Assembly: GCA_964561475.1 (NCBI GenBank) | Contig: CAZLPU010000007.1 | Coordinates: 15,367-79,366, forward strand | DNA length: 64,000 nt | DNA from: an uncultured Alphaproteobacteria bacterium | GTDB lineage: Bacteria; Pseudomonadota; Alphaproteobacteria; JAJFIK01 | Direction: 5' to 3' | Shown here: positions 17,936 to 28,226 of the stretch, piece after piece | Layout of the letters: each line of letters opens with the position of its first letter | Numbering within the stretch: the stretch's first letter is position 1 | Program-made: the position numbers and the translations under genes | The notes under the pieces: model-generated | The model's database searches: none | Seen by the model: only the letters and a program-made list of their open reading frames with translations | What the model was told of the DNA's origin: nothing

Positions 17936-20626
17936 ATGGGTCCCAACCGCCACGCACGTCTCACCACTGTTTTCCGTTTGCTGATTGTTCTGCTGGCTGG
18001 ATGCGCTCTCGCCGCACCCATTCGGCTGCCTCTTTTCGGGTCGGCCCAGGCCCAGATTCATGCCACCGATGACGGTGATCTCGGGCATGGGACGGAACCA
18101 CCCTGGAACCTGCTCGACCCCAATCCCTGGCGGCCGTCCCTCAGCTATTCCGGCGGTACCGGACTGATTGATATGCCGACGGCCCGGTTCATGGCGGATG
18201 GCATGATCGCCTTGAGCGGTTCGGGCAAACAACCCGATCAGCGTGCCGCCTTTCTATTTCAGGCAACGCCCTGGGCGGAAGGTGTGTTCCGGTATGCCCA
18301 TATTAATGGTTTCTTGACGGATCAGCCGAATTTTTATGACCGGAGTTTCGCGGTCAAGATCCGATTGATGGAAGAGGGGACCGTGCGCCCGGCTCTGGCC
18401 GTGGGTCTTTCCGATCTTCTGGGTACGGGGGTTTACGGCGGGGAGTATCTGGTGGCCAGCAAGCGGTTCGGCGATCTCGATGCCAGCCTGGGTCTGGGCT
18501 GGGGACGGTTCGGGTCTTCCGGCGCGCTGATCAATCCCCTGAGCCGTCTTGACGATGCCTTTGCCTCCCGGGAGGGACGCACCCTGGATGACACGGGCCA
18601 GTTCGATTTTGGTTCCTATTTTTCCGGCCCGGATGTGGGCCTTTTTGGCGGGATCGAGTACACACCGCCGGTGGCCTCTTTGGATGGTCTGAAGTTCCAG
18701 GTGGAGTATTCGTCGGATCGTTATCTGGAGGAGGAGGCCGCCCCCCTTGTGAATTTCGATCAGCGCTCCCCCGTCAATCTGGGGGTCAGCTATCAACCGG
18801 CGGACTGGATCGAGCTGGGCAGCCATTACCTTTACGGCACCACTTTGGGGGTTCGGTTTGCGGTCAAGGCGGATCCATCCAAACGCACAGCCCTGTCTCA
18901 ATTCGGGGCCCAGGCCCCTTTGTTCCGTGTCAGGCCGGAATTGAGTCGAAAGCCCCCGGAAGATCCGCCGGTGAGCGTCCAGGAATTTGAGCGCCTGCGG
19001 AGGATCCCCAATCCCCTCGAGCGGGCCGGCACGCCTGCCTTGTCGCCCAGGACAGGTTTTGCCCGTGGCATTACCGATTTGAGGGGGGCGGACCCATCGA
19101 AGCAAAGTCTGATGAACCGAAGCCTTGAAGCGCGCCAGGAGAGCAACAGCAGTGTGCCCCTAACGGTTTCCCGGCGCTACCTCGGATCGTCTCTCCGCCT
19201 GACCCGGAAGGAAGGCCTGTGCACGGCATCGGGCTCCGTCCGGGCAAAAAATCCCAAGGCTTCCGCCTGCGATGTCCAACGGGCGCGCAAAGCCGCCATC
19301 CGCCGGGCGGATCTGACCCCCTCCCGGAGCAGGGCAAGGGAGCGCATGCGGAAAATGGCGGAACGGACGGTGCAGCTTGCTGGCGGACAGCGTCTGGAAA
19401 TCGGTCCGGCGGCCACCCGCTTCGCCACGGACAAGGCCCTGTTCACGGCGATTGAACAGGAAGCGGATGACCTTTACATCACGGTGCAGACCATCAGCCG
19501 GAATGACGCCACCTTAAAGGTGACCATCTCCAACCGGCGCTATGACCGGGCGGCCCAGGCATTGGGGCGGATCGTTCGGGTTTTGTCCCGTCTTGCGCCG
19601 GATGATATCGATATCTTTGACATCACTTTGACGACGGGGGACCTGCCGGTGACCCGGATGACACTTTCCCGGGCGGGACTGGAGCGGGTTCTCTTGTCTG
19701 GAGGCGGTACGGAGGAAATTCTTACCCTGGCGCGGTTCGAACCCGGGTCACGGGAGACTGTGGGGACCAAGGGCGCGTTTCCGTCCGTCGGCTTTGGCCT
19801 GCGCCCAGGATTCCGGCAAAGCCTGTTTGATCCGGACGATCCGTTCCGCTACCAATTTCTCCTGAATGCGGGCCTGGCGGTCAGCCTTGCGCCCGGTCTC
19901 ACTCTGGAGACCAGTGCGGGCATCAACCTGATCAACAATTTCGACGAAATCACCCGGGAGTCCGATAGTGCTTTGCCCCGGGTGCGGAGCGATTTTGCCC
20001 GCTATCTCCAGGAAGGCGCCACGGGGCTCACCACCCTCCAGCTCAGCTACCGGTTCAAGCTGGGCCGCCAGACCTTTGCCCGGTTTACTGGCGGCATCCT
20101 GGAGGAAATGTTTGCGGGTGTGGGCGGAGAGATCCTCTTCAAGCCCCACGGCAAGCCCTGGGCTCTGGGTGGTAATCTGTTTGCTGTACAACAACGGGAT
20201 TTCGACAAGGGCTTCCGACTGCGGGACTATCAGACGGTCACCGGCCATGGGAGCCTCTACTATGATCTGCCGTTCCATGATTATACGGCTGTGGTTCATG
20301 CGGGTCGCTATCTGGCCGGCGACTATGGGGCAACCTTTGAGCTGAAGCGCCGTTTCGATACCGGTGTGGAGATTGGTGCCTTTGCCACACTGACCAATGT
20401 GCCCTTTGACGAGTTCGGCGAGGGCAGTTTCGACAAGGGACTGATCATCCGCATCCCCTTCGGCTGGTTCTCACCTTTCCCGACCCGGGAGGAGTACCGG
20501 ATCGATTTGCGGCCGCTGACCCGGGATGGCGGTCAGCGGCTCACCAACACACCTCTCCTGTTTGAAGAAATCCGCCATGAAACCGTTGGCGAAGTGGTGC
20601 GGAATTTCGATGGCTTCACGGATTGA
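17936..20626 (+). CDS. YjbH/GfcD-family outer-membrane exopolysaccharide protein.
   Basis: YSGGTGLIDMPTARFMADGMIALSGS...FLFQATPWAEGVFRY matches the conserved YjbH N-terminal block. The signal-like stretch RLLIVLLAGCALAAP follows Met at 17936. The C-terminal half is beta-strand-rich and ends in an aromatic-rich tail. Confidence 0.8.
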   Translation: MGPNRHARLTTVFRLLIVLLAGCALAAPIRLPLFGSAQAQIHATDDGDLGHGTEPPWNLLDPNPWRPSLSYSGGTGLIDMPTARFMADGMIALSGSGKQPDQRAAFLFQATPWAEGVFRYAHINGFLTDQPNFYDRSFAVKIRLMEEGTVRPALAVGLSDLLGTGVYGGEYLVASKRFGDLDASLGLGWGRFGSSGALINPLSRLDDAFASREGRTLDDTGQFDFGSYFSGPDVGLFGGIEYTPPVASLDGLKFQVEYSSDRYLEEEAAPLVNFDQRSPVNLGVSYQPADWIELGSHYLYGTTLGVRFAVKADPSKRTALSQFGAQAPLFRVRPELSRKPPEDPPVSVQEFERLRRIPNPLERAGTPALSPRTGFARGITDLRGADPSKQSLMNRSLEARQESNSSVPLTVSRRYLGSSLRLTRKEGLCTASGSVRAKNPKASACDVQRARKAAIRRADLTPSRSRARERMRKMAERTVQLAGGQRLEIGPAATRFATDKALFTAIEQEADDLYITVQTISRNDATLKVTISNRRYDRAAQALGRIVRVLSRLAPDDIDIFDITLTTGDLPVTRMTLSRAGLERVLLSGGGTEEILTLARFEPGSRETVGTKGAFPSVGFGLRPGFRQSLFDPDDPFRYQFLLNAGLAVSLAPGLTLETSAGINLINNFDEITRESDSALPRVRSDFARYLQEGATGLTTLQLSYRFKLGRQTFARFTGGILEEMFAGVGGEILFKPHGKPWALGGNLFAVQQRDFDKGFRLRDYQTVTGHGSLYYDLPFHDYTAVVHAGRYLAGDYGATFELKRRFDTGVEIGAFATLTNVPFDEFGEGSFDKGLIIRIPFGWFSPFPTREEYRIDLRPLTRDGGQRLTNTPLLFEEIRHETVGEVVRNFDGFTD

Positions 20627-21329
20627 CCTTCGCCGGTCGGCGCACGCATTTCAGCTTCTGACCCTGGTGCTCATCCTTCCGGGACTTTTCAGCGTGGCCG
20701 GATGTTCCGGAGACAGCACAGCGGGCCTCTTGGGACGCTATCTCCGCCAGGCGGTGCTGCCGGACCAAGGCGAGAGCTACACACGGAAGCAGGTCGCCGA
20801 CAAGCCCCATGCCTCACTGGGTCTGGCCATTGGCGCATCATCGAAGGGTCTTGTCTTTCTTGAGGAGGTGCGGGGCCGGGATCATCGCTGGGTTTCCGGA
20901 GATCCCATCGCCATCGTCACCCGTGGGCCACGGATCCTGGCGGCGGCGGGACTTGAGCATCCTCAGGCTCCTGCGGACTTGACGGGTACCCGGTTCAACG
21001 GACGCGATCCGGCCGACGGCATGCTCCACACCCTGGTCCGCCCTTTAACTGCGATCCGGTTCCTTGATTTTCGCCGGGAACGGATCTTCAATGTGCGTCT
21101 TTCCTGCCGGTTTGTCCCCAAGGGGGAGACGACCGTGATGATTGTGGGGATTACCCACAAAGTCGTTGAGGTGCGGGAGCGTTGTCATGCGCCGCTGATC
21201 CACTGGCGTTTCACCAATGTGTTCTGGGCGGACACGTCCACCGGACGGGTCTGGCGGTCACGCCAGCATGTTCACCCCAAGGCGCCGGTGATCACAATGG
21301 ATGTGCTGCGTCCCTCCGCCGTGCGCTGA
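20577..21329 (+). CDS. Lipoprotein, YjbF/GfcB-like (tentative).
   Basis: The lipobox is LFSVAGC-SG. Size is about 250 aa. The call rests on its position beside the yjbH-like gene, and its start overlaps the yjbH-like 3' end by 50 nt. The family call is weak. Confidence 0.5.
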   Translation: MKPLAKWCGISMASRIDLRRSAHAFQLLTLVLILPGLFSVAGCSGDSTAGLLGRYLRQAVLPDQGESYTRKQVADKPHASLGLAIGASSKGLVFLEEVRGRDHRWVSGDPIAIVTRGPRILAAAGLEHPQAPADLTGTRFNGRDPADGMLHTLVRPLTAIRFLDFRRERIFNVRLSCRFVPKGETTVMIVGITHKVVEVRERCHAPLIHWRFTNVFWADTSTGRVWRSRQHVHPKAPVITMDVLRPSAVR

Positions 21330-21569
21330 TCGGGACAAGGCAGGCGGAATCAAGTCAATGTACCAATTGCCTGCGGCTGCCATGACCGTCGGCGTGGCTT
21401 TTCTCCGGACTGGCGGATGGAGAAAAGCGGGGAGGAGAGCGGTTTCGCGCGCACGCCGAAAGGGGGCGGGCCGCCATGGCGGGTGTGGGCTTATGCAAGT
21501 CCGCTCACGGAGAGCCTTTGCGCGCTTTTGGGACGCAGAGCCTCCTCCCGCTCAAGAGTAGCTCAAATC

Positions 21570-24335
21570 ATGGTTCAGACCATCCGCCTGTCCCGCCTCG
21601 TTCCTCTTCTTTGCATGTTTTTTTGCCTGCTGTCCGGGGGTTCGGGAACTGCCATCGGCCAGGGCATTGATCTCAATGATCTCCAGCGGCTCCAGGATGA
21701 GGAATTCCGTGCCCGTGCGGAAGAAAGTGGAAATGCATCCGGTGGTCAGGAAAGCGGCACCCGGGTCATCATGCCACCGGAAGAGCGCAGCGATCCAGAA
21801 AAGGCGTCCCGGATCGAGCAGATCTTCTCGGCAAGAGCCGGCCGGCCTGTGCGTCAGTTCGGATACGGTACTTTCAGAGGCCGTCCGGTCTATGAGTTGA
21901 GCCAGGGCGGCGGCATCCAGGAAAGCTATGTGCTGGGTCCGGGGGATGAGATTGTCGTGACCCTTCGCGGCCAGGAGAACACGCGCTACCGGCGCCGGAT
22001 CGACCGGAACGGGCAGATTCTGCTGCCCCGCCTTGCGCCCATCGCCGCCAGTGGACGCACCCTGGCGGATGTCCGCGCGGAGCTCGATGAAGCGGTTGCC
22101 AAGACCTTCATTGCCACGGAGGCCTTTATCGCGCTGGGAGAAATCCGCCAGCTGCGTATTCTGGTGGCCGGGGAAGTGGTGGAGCCTGGCCCGCGTCCGG
22201 TCACTGGTTTGTCCACGGTGCTTGATGCCCTGTTGCTCTCCGGCGGCATCGCCAAGACCGGTTCCCTGCGGAATATCCGTATCCTGCGCGGGGGCAGCGA
22301 ACGGCGGATCGACCTTTACGGGGTCCTCACCGGATCTGACCGGGTGTCCGGGCTTCAACTCCAGGAGGGGGATACGGTGCTGGTGCCGCCGTTGGGCCGC
22401 ACCATTGCCGTGGTCGGTGCTGTGCGCAGACCGGGTATCTATGAAATCCCCGATGGCGAACGCCCCAGTGCCCGTGCCCTGATTGATCTTGCCGGGGGAG
22501 AGGAAGTCCGCGGGGCCTACCGCTACACACTCCTGCGCACCAGGGATGACGGGGTACGCGCCTTCGAGACCCTGAGTGATCTGGGCCGCGTGGTTGTGGG
22601 TGATTCGGACATTCTGTTCGTTCAACCTGCTGTGGATACCGATACGGGAAAGGTCTCTCTGCGGGGCCATTCCACCCTTGCCGGGGAGTTCTCCCTGACC
22701 CAGACCCGGACCATGGCTGATCTATTGCAGGACCCGTCGGCCTTCCGTGAGAGCCCCTATCTGCTTTTCGGCATTCTGAGCCGGCGGGACCCGGACAGTC
22801 TGAGCCGGACACTGACGGCCTTTTCCCCGGTTCAGGTGCTGAAGCAAACCAAATCCATTCCCTTGCGGGATCATGACATTGTCTGGATCTTGAGTACCAG
22901 GCAGGTGCGGGCGCTATCGGATGTGACACGAAGTGCGGAGTTGGCCCGGAGGGAACGCCAGCACAGCCGCTTCGTGGCCCGCCAGGGACAGGTTCAGGCT
23001 CAAATGGGGAAGGCTGATGATCTGGGTGCGCGCCTTGCCACAGCCGGTGGGGCGGTTGCCGGTGAAGCCGCGGCAGGTCTGAGCGGCGATGAAGATCTTG
23101 GGGAACGTCTGCCGCCTTTGGGCGCGGGTGTCCGGGGAACGGTGGGGAGGGACAATCTGCGTTCTTTCGCCGGGGCTCAGGACACGCCGGGCGCCGGCAC
23201 CGGGCTCCTCGCGCCGGATCAGGATCCCGCTCCGGTCAATGCCGGGGGGGCCGCACCGGAACTCACCCGACCCGTGCTTGCCCACGGTCTGGGCGTGGAC
23301 CAGGAAGCGCTCCATGGGTTCCTTACGGATTATCTGACAGCGCTGAGAGGCGCGGTGCGGGTGCCCGGATACTATTTCGTGTCAACGGGCACAAGCCTTG
23401 GGGATCTGGTCGGAGTGGCGGGTGGTCTGCGCCGGACGACGGATCTCGCCACGGTGGAAATCACCGGCACGACCTACGATAATGTTCATGGGACCTCCAG
23501 AACCATCCGCCGGAATATCTCTCCCGGGACGGATGGCCTCGCGGGGATCCGAATCCAGCCGGGGGACTCGGTGGTGCTGCGTGAGGTCTATTCCGAGCGG
23601 TGGAATGGCCGGGTCAATGTATTCGGCGAGGTGCGGTTCCCGGGATCCTATGAGGTGATCCGGGGAGAGAAGCTCTCGTCCCTGATGGGGCGGGCCGGTG
23701 GCCTTACCGATCAGGCTTATCCCATTGGTGCTATTTTCGCCCGCCGTTCCGTGGCGCGACAGGAGCGGGAAAGCAATCTGCGCAAGGCGGAGGATCTGCA
23801 ACGCTTGATCATTGCCCAGAGCAGCCGGCGGGAGGTCAACGCCGAGCAGATCGCGTTTCTCAGTCAGCTGATGGAGACACTGCGCCAGGACCAGCCCGTG
23901 GGCCGGATCACCGTGGAGGTGGATCCCACAGTGCTCGCCGCGGAGCCTTCACTGGATATTGAGCTGGAGCCTGGGGATGCACTTTACATTCCCTCCCGTC
24001 CGTCCACGGTGCTGGTGGCCGGTCAGGTGCTCAATCCGGCTGCGTTCCAGGTGGAACCGGGCAAGCGGGCGACCCATTACCTGCGTCTGGCGGGTGGCCT
24101 CAACGATCTGGCGGACAGAAAGCGGATCTATGTGATCTATCCGGACGGTACATCGGAAAGGGTGCGCAGCGGTTTCTGGCGCCTGCGGGGTACCCGGATC
24201 ATTCCTGGTTCCGTGGTCGTGGTGCCCTATGATGTCACGCCCTTTTTCTTCTCGGATTTCCTGCGCGATACTCTTTCCACCACGAGCCAGCTCGCGATTA
24301 CCGCTGCGTCCATTTCCGCCGTGATCGCTAATTGA
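21570..24335 (+). CDS. Very large polysaccharide export protein (Wza/GfcC-like, Poly_export plus several SLBB-like repeats).
   Basis: The signal peptide is MVQTIRLSRLVPLLCMFFCLLSGGSG. The Poly_export block is YVLGPGDEIVVTLRGQEN...IDRNGQILLPRLAPIAASGRTLADVRAEL. SLBB-like GD.V.VP motifs recur (EGDTVLVPPLGRTIAVVGAVRRPGIYE, PGDSVVLREV..VNVFGEVRFPGSYE, PGDALYIPSRPSTVLVAGQVLNP). Confidence 0.8.
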   Translation: MVQTIRLSRLVPLLCMFFCLLSGGSGTAIGQGIDLNDLQRLQDEEFRARAEESGNASGGQESGTRVIMPPEERSDPEKASRIEQIFSARAGRPVRQFGYGTFRGRPVYELSQGGGIQESYVLGPGDEIVVTLRGQENTRYRRRIDRNGQILLPRLAPIAASGRTLADVRAELDEAVAKTFIATEAFIALGEIRQLRILVAGEVVEPGPRPVTGLSTVLDALLLSGGIAKTGSLRNIRILRGGSERRIDLYGVLTGSDRVSGLQLQEGDTVLVPPLGRTIAVVGAVRRPGIYEIPDGERPSARALIDLAGGEEVRGAYRYTLLRTRDDGVRAFETLSDLGRVVVGDSDILFVQPAVDTDTGKVSLRGHSTLAGEFSLTQTRTMADLLQDPSAFRESPYLLFGILSRRDPDSLSRTLTAFSPVQVLKQTKSIPLRDHDIVWILSTRQVRALSDVTRSAELARRERQHSRFVARQGQVQAQMGKADDLGARLATAGGAVAGEAAAGLSGDEDLGERLPPLGAGVRGTVGRDNLRSFAGAQDTPGAGTGLLAPDQDPAPVNAGGAAPELTRPVLAHGLGVDQEALHGFLTDYLTALRGAVRVPGYYFVSTGTSLGDLVGVAGGLRRTTDLATVEITGTTYDNVHGTSRTIRRNISPGTDGLAGIRIQPGDSVVLREVYSERWNGRVNVFGEVRFPGSYEVIRGEKLSSLMGRAGGLTDQAYPIGAIFARRSVARQERESNLRKAEDLQRLIIAQSSRREVNAEQIAFLSQLMETLRQDQPVGRITVEVDPTVLAAEPSLDIELEPGDALYIPSRPSTVLVAGQVLNPAAFQVEPGKRATHYLRLAGGLNDLADRKRIYVIYPDGTSERVRSGFWRLRGTRIIPGSVVVVPYDVTPFFFSDFLRDTLSTTSQLAITAASISAVIAN

Positions 24336-25679
24336 TCAGGACGGGGCGGAAGCGAGCCGTTCCCGCGTGGGGAAGAAGGTGATGGGTGTGCGGAACAGGA
24401 AGAGCAGGCCGGCAATCAGGATCGTGGCGACCATGAAGTCTATGTTGAGCCGGAAAAGATTATAGACGATCCGGCCCACCAGACTGGCAAAGGCGAAGGA
24501 CAGGAAGAAAGCCATGAGGCCCATATCCTTGCGCTCAAGGACGGTCCGGATCATGCGCAGGGCCAACCCTGCCGCGAGGCCCTGGAAGAGCCCCCAAAGC
24601 AATACACCACCCCAGCCATAAGCCACAAAGCCCCACACCAACGGCGGCAGACGGAAACCGCCACTGTTCGTAGTGGTTTCCGCACCGATCACCAGTTTGG
24701 TCACCACCGCCGGGTTCCATTCATAGTGATAAGGCACAAGGCCGCCGAACACGGTTCGACCCAAGGAATGCTCCGCCCCCGACTCATGCCAGGCAAGCCA
24801 GAACCAGGTGAGATCCGCAACATCCGGAGCGCCCTTGACGATGGCAATCAGGTCGATCTCCTCCCTGAGCCCGATGAGATAATAGATGACGTCATTGGCC
24901 GCCGAGCCGAAACAAAAAAGGGCAAGATAGAAGAGGGCCATGAGCCCGACATAGCGTCCGCCCCGGTACCACACCGAACAGATCAGCAGAGTGAGGAGAA
25001 TGGGTTCGGCCAGCACCGCCCGGCGTAGGGTGAAAAGAGTGAGAACGAAGATCGGCAGCAGCCAGATCAGCACAAGATAGCGCTTTGGCCCCTTCAGGGC
25101 GAGAAAGGCGATGATCAGAAAGGGGCAGGTGACGCCGTAGAGGACGATGGCCAGACGGTAATAGGCAGCATAGGCCTCATACCGATCAAAATAGTCTCCC
25201 GCCATATATTTGGCGGTAAGCGGATTTTCGGTAAACGCTGGAATGAACCCCATCCCCAAGTAGGCGTAGGCATAAAGGGCAATGGAAAGGGTGGCGAGAC
25301 CGAACAGGGCGATAAAGGGCGCCGGTCCTGGCCGGGCGGCCACGGCACCAATCCCCTTCATGAAGGGATCCGTCAGGCGTCCGGCAAGGTTGCGTTCCCG
25401 AAAGGCCAGGTGAAAGCCGAGAACGAAGGGGATGGTTCCTGCCACCAGAGCAAAACTCAGGGTGGTCAGCGCTTCTTCTTCGAGAAAGAGACGATCCTTG
25501 AGGGGGGTGATCAGAAAGACCGGACCCGCCACATAGGCAATGAGGACGAAGGGCAGACCCTGCACAACAGTGAGATTTCGTGCCGAGGGCCAGGAGAAGG
25601 CCATCAGCACCAGAGGCGTACTCAGTGTCAGGATGAGAACCAGCTGATACAGGAAGACTGTCTGTTCGGAGGCGGGCAT
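24336..25679 (-). CDS. Polytopic membrane protein, candidate repeat-unit polymerase (Wzy-like).
   Basis: About 10-12 hydrophobic segments and no soluble domain. It sits in a minus-strand operon 12 nt downstream of the Wzz-like gene. The assignment rests on topology and context only. Confidence 0.55.
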   Translation of the reverse strand: MPASEQTVFLYQLVLILTLSTPLVLMAFSWPSARNLTVVQGLPFVLIAYVAGPVFLITPLKDRLFLEEEALTTLSFALVAGTIPFVLGFHLAFRERNLAGRLTDPFMKGIGAVAARPGPAPFIALFGLATLSIALYAYAYLGMGFIPAFTENPLTAKYMAGDYFDRYEAYAAYYRLAIVLYGVTCPFLIIAFLALKGPKRYLVLIWLLPIFVLTLFTLRRAVLAEPILLTLLICSVWYRGGRYVGLMALFYLALFCFGSAANDVIYYLIGLREEIDLIAIVKGAPDVADLTWFWLAWHESGAEHSLGRTVFGGLVPYHYEWNPAVVTKLVIGAETTTNSGGFRLPPLVWGFVAYGWGGVLLWGLFQGLAAGLALRMIRTVLERKDMGLMAFFLSFAFASLVGRIVYNLFRLNIDFMVATILIAGLLFLFRTPITFFPTRERLASAPS

Positions 25680-25691
25680 GCTGCGTGAGCC

Positions 25692-26828
25692 CTATTCCGC
25701 CGCCAGAACATGTGTGGGGGCCGTTGTCCGGCCCGCCGGCCTTGCCGGGGGCGGATGGGTCTGATGAGCGCCGGAACTGGAAGGCTTGTCCGGTCTCGAT
25801 TTGGCCCGGCGTACCGGTCTTCTCTGTCCAACGCCAAGGGGCGCCGACCCGATGAGCATTTCGGTCATGATGACTGCGGTCATACCGATCAGCACACCGG
25901 CAAAGGCCAGCAGAACGATCTGGAGAACGGGTTTAGGGGAGGTGGGCAAGCTGGAAACCACGGGCAGATCGATCAATTCCGCCGCGTAAGGGAGATTGTC
26001 CGTGAGAAGCATATCCTGCTGTTCCACCTCCGCCATCAGATTGATCAGAACGTTGCGGAGGTCGGAAATAGACGTGTCCTGAAGGCGGCGCGCGATGAAG
26101 GCCCGTTTGACCTGCCCCTGTTCGATTCCGTCCTCCCGCATGAGTTTTTCTGCATGGGCGTGGACCTTGAGCAGAAGGTTGAGCGCAAATTCCCGATCCG
26201 TGTGACTGTAGGAAATGGTGGTCACGCCGCTTTTGGAGGCATTCAGATCCAGCGCCGTGCCGAGATAGGCACTCAGGCGCTGGGCATCTGGCGGTACCCA
26301 GCCGCCCACACCAAAGAGATCCTTGGGCAGACGCTTGAGTCGGTACATCAAGGATGCAGGCTCTTGCCAGCGCCCATCCCGCCACTCCGACGCGAAAATC
26401 CGCGAGGGGATCACCGGATCGTTCATCAGGACCCGGGCAAGCCGGACACTGACCAGCATGTCCGTATAGCGCTGAAAAGCCGGGTCCGGCGCACCATCCA
26501 ACCCCGGGAGGAAGGCAGCAACGCCGGAAAAGCCACCACCGAGGGAGCGCGACCGGTTGAGACCGGTGAATTCCGACTCGTCGATGGGCGGAGCCACCCG
26601 AATCACTGCCGTGTACAGAATAGGAGAGCTCCAGACCCACAGAACCGCCAGGATCGCCATGGCCATAATCGGTCCGATAAAGACCCTGGGACGCCGGATG
26701 AACATTCTGAGAATGTCCATCAGAACGAGATCCTCCGGCCCGTCATGGTCGGGACGCCCCCTGTCGGATGTCCGCTCCTGGGCATGATGGTTGGGGGAGG
26801 GCGCCGTTCGGCTGTCACGCTCTTCCAT
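25692..26828 (-). CDS. Wzz/chain-length-determinant-like protein with no kinase domain.
   Basis: DILRMFIRRPRVFIGPIMAMAILAVLWVWSSPILYTAVIRVAPP matches the Wzz N-terminal TM plus Y.a motif. A second TM lies near the C-terminus (VLQIVLLAFAGVLIGMTAVIM). No Walker A is present. An alternative start is at 26720. Confidence 0.6.
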   Translation of the reverse strand: MEERDSRTAPSPNHHAQERTSDRGRPDHDGPEDLVLMDILRMFIRRPRVFIGPIMAMAILAVLWVWSSPILYTAVIRVAPPIDESEFTGLNRSRSLGGGFSGVAAFLPGLDGAPDPAFQRYTDMLVSVRLARVLMNDPVIPSRIFASEWRDGRWQEPASLMYRLKRLPKDLFGVGGWVPPDAQRLSAYLGTALDLNASKSGVTTISYSHTDREFALNLLLKVHAHAEKLMREDGIEQGQVKRAFIARRLQDTSISDLRNVLINLMAEVEQQDMLLTDNLPYAAELIDLPVVSSLPTSPKPVLQIVLLAFAGVLIGMTAVIMTEMLIGSAPLGVGQRRPVRRAKSRPDKPSSSGAHQTHPPPARPAGRTTAPTHVLAAE

Positions 26829-26836
26829 GATGTGGC

Positions 26837-28126
26837 TCACGCGGCTTTGGCGGGAAGAGCAGTATCCGGATGGGCGTCCGGCGACTCGAGAACCGGCCGG
26901 ATGGCGGGCTGGTCCCGGGGATCGCATTCGGGATGGGCGTCAAACAGGGCATCCAGAGTTGCGTCAAACGCATGGGGTACGGCGAACCGGCGGCGCTCAT
27001 AATATCCGGCATTGCGACCTGCGGAAATCGCCCGGGCCACCTGGCCCATAAAATCCGGTGCCCCGTCGGTAAGGGCAATCGGTGCGCCAATGGTCTCAAG
27101 CCCCTTTGTGCGTGAGGCGACGACCGGCAGACCCATGGCCAGATACTGATAGAGTTTCAGGGGATTGGAGTGCTCTGCGAACCGATCCTCCTTGTGGGTC
27201 CGGAAGGGTATCAGGCCCACGTCGCAGCCTTGCAGATAGCGCGGCAGGCTGACATAGGCTCGCTGTCCCAGGAAATGGACATTGGGTCGGCGCAAGAGGG
27301 CGGCAAGATCGTCCGGGCTGACCCCTCCTGTCATGAAGCCGATCAGCACGATATTGAGGCTGGGCATGGCATCCGCCAGGGCCTCCAGAAGAGACCAGTC
27401 GATGCGCTGGCTCAGTTCACCCACATAGACCGCACGCGGTCCGGGGATCTGGTCCAGGGAAACAGGCACCTGGGAGGACTTGGCCGGATCGAACAGTTCC
27501 GCTTCATAGCCGTTCGGCAGGAAGGCCATGCGGCGCGGATTGAGCGCAGCGATATCATCCTCATAGGTCCTGGAGGCGTAGACCGTGAGGTCGGCTCTGG
27601 CCGCCAAATGGGCCGCCGCCTTCATCCGCCCACGCAATCCTCCCTGTACTGTGTAATTCCGTTTGTGGGCATCCAGACTGTCGATCACCCGGAAAATGGT
27701 CAGCGGAGACTCAAAATGATCCGCAAGCCCGGCGAAGATCGGATCATCGCAGTAGAACAGGTCCGGCCTGCGGAAGGGCTTGAGTGCATGGGCCATCGAA
27801 AGGGGCGGGACAGTGGTCCGGTGCCAGTGGCGGTGGAGCAGGTCCGAGGCAAATCCGGGCAGGGGCAGGTCCTTGGGCGGTGCAAGGGCGGCCGGGACAT
27901 AGGACACAATGTCCTTGCCAAAGGGATGGCCGCCGTCGGCCCAGGTCCGCACACGGCCTTTCAGCTCAGCACTCCAGGTGGCGCCCACATGGAAAGGCGA
28001 GATGGGTGCGGACAAATAGGCCACCTTGTAGCCCTGACGGGTCAGCCAACGGGCCCAGTAATGGGAGCCCCGGGGCGGTGCGTTATAAGGGTTGACCGAG
28101 GCGACAACAGCAAGTTTCCGGGCCAT
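26837..28126 (-). CDS. GT-B fold glycosyltransferase (family 1/4-like).
   Basis: Start MARKLAVVASVNPYN follows a GGAGA RBS. The C-terminal half (VHFLGQRAYVSLPRYLQGCDVGLIPF...SNPLKLYQYLAMGLPVVAS) matches the Glyco_trans_1 pattern. Confidence 0.7.
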   Translation of the reverse strand: MARKLAVVASVNPYNAPPRGSHYWARWLTRQGYKVAYLSAPISPFHVGATWSAELKGRVRTWADGGHPFGKDIVSYVPAALAPPKDLPLPGFASDLLHRHWHRTTVPPLSMAHALKPFRRPDLFYCDDPIFAGLADHFESPLTIFRVIDSLDAHKRNYTVQGGLRGRMKAAAHLAARADLTVYASRTYEDDIAALNPRRMAFLPNGYEAELFDPAKSSQVPVSLDQIPGPRAVYVGELSQRIDWSLLEALADAMPSLNIVLIGFMTGGVSPDDLAALLRRPNVHFLGQRAYVSLPRYLQGCDVGLIPFRTHKEDRFAEHSNPLKLYQYLAMGLPVVASRTKGLETIGAPIALTDGAPDFMGQVARAISAGRNAGYYERRRFAVPHAFDATLDALFDAHPECDPRDQPAIRPVLESPDAHPDTALPAKAA

Positions 28127-28226
28127 GGAAGGTCTCCAGTTTATTCTCGTTGCGGAAAAAAGGTTGATGGAAGTGTCGTCTGAACAAAGATGAAGAGGCG
28201 TCCCCTCAAAACGAGGACCGGCGGTT

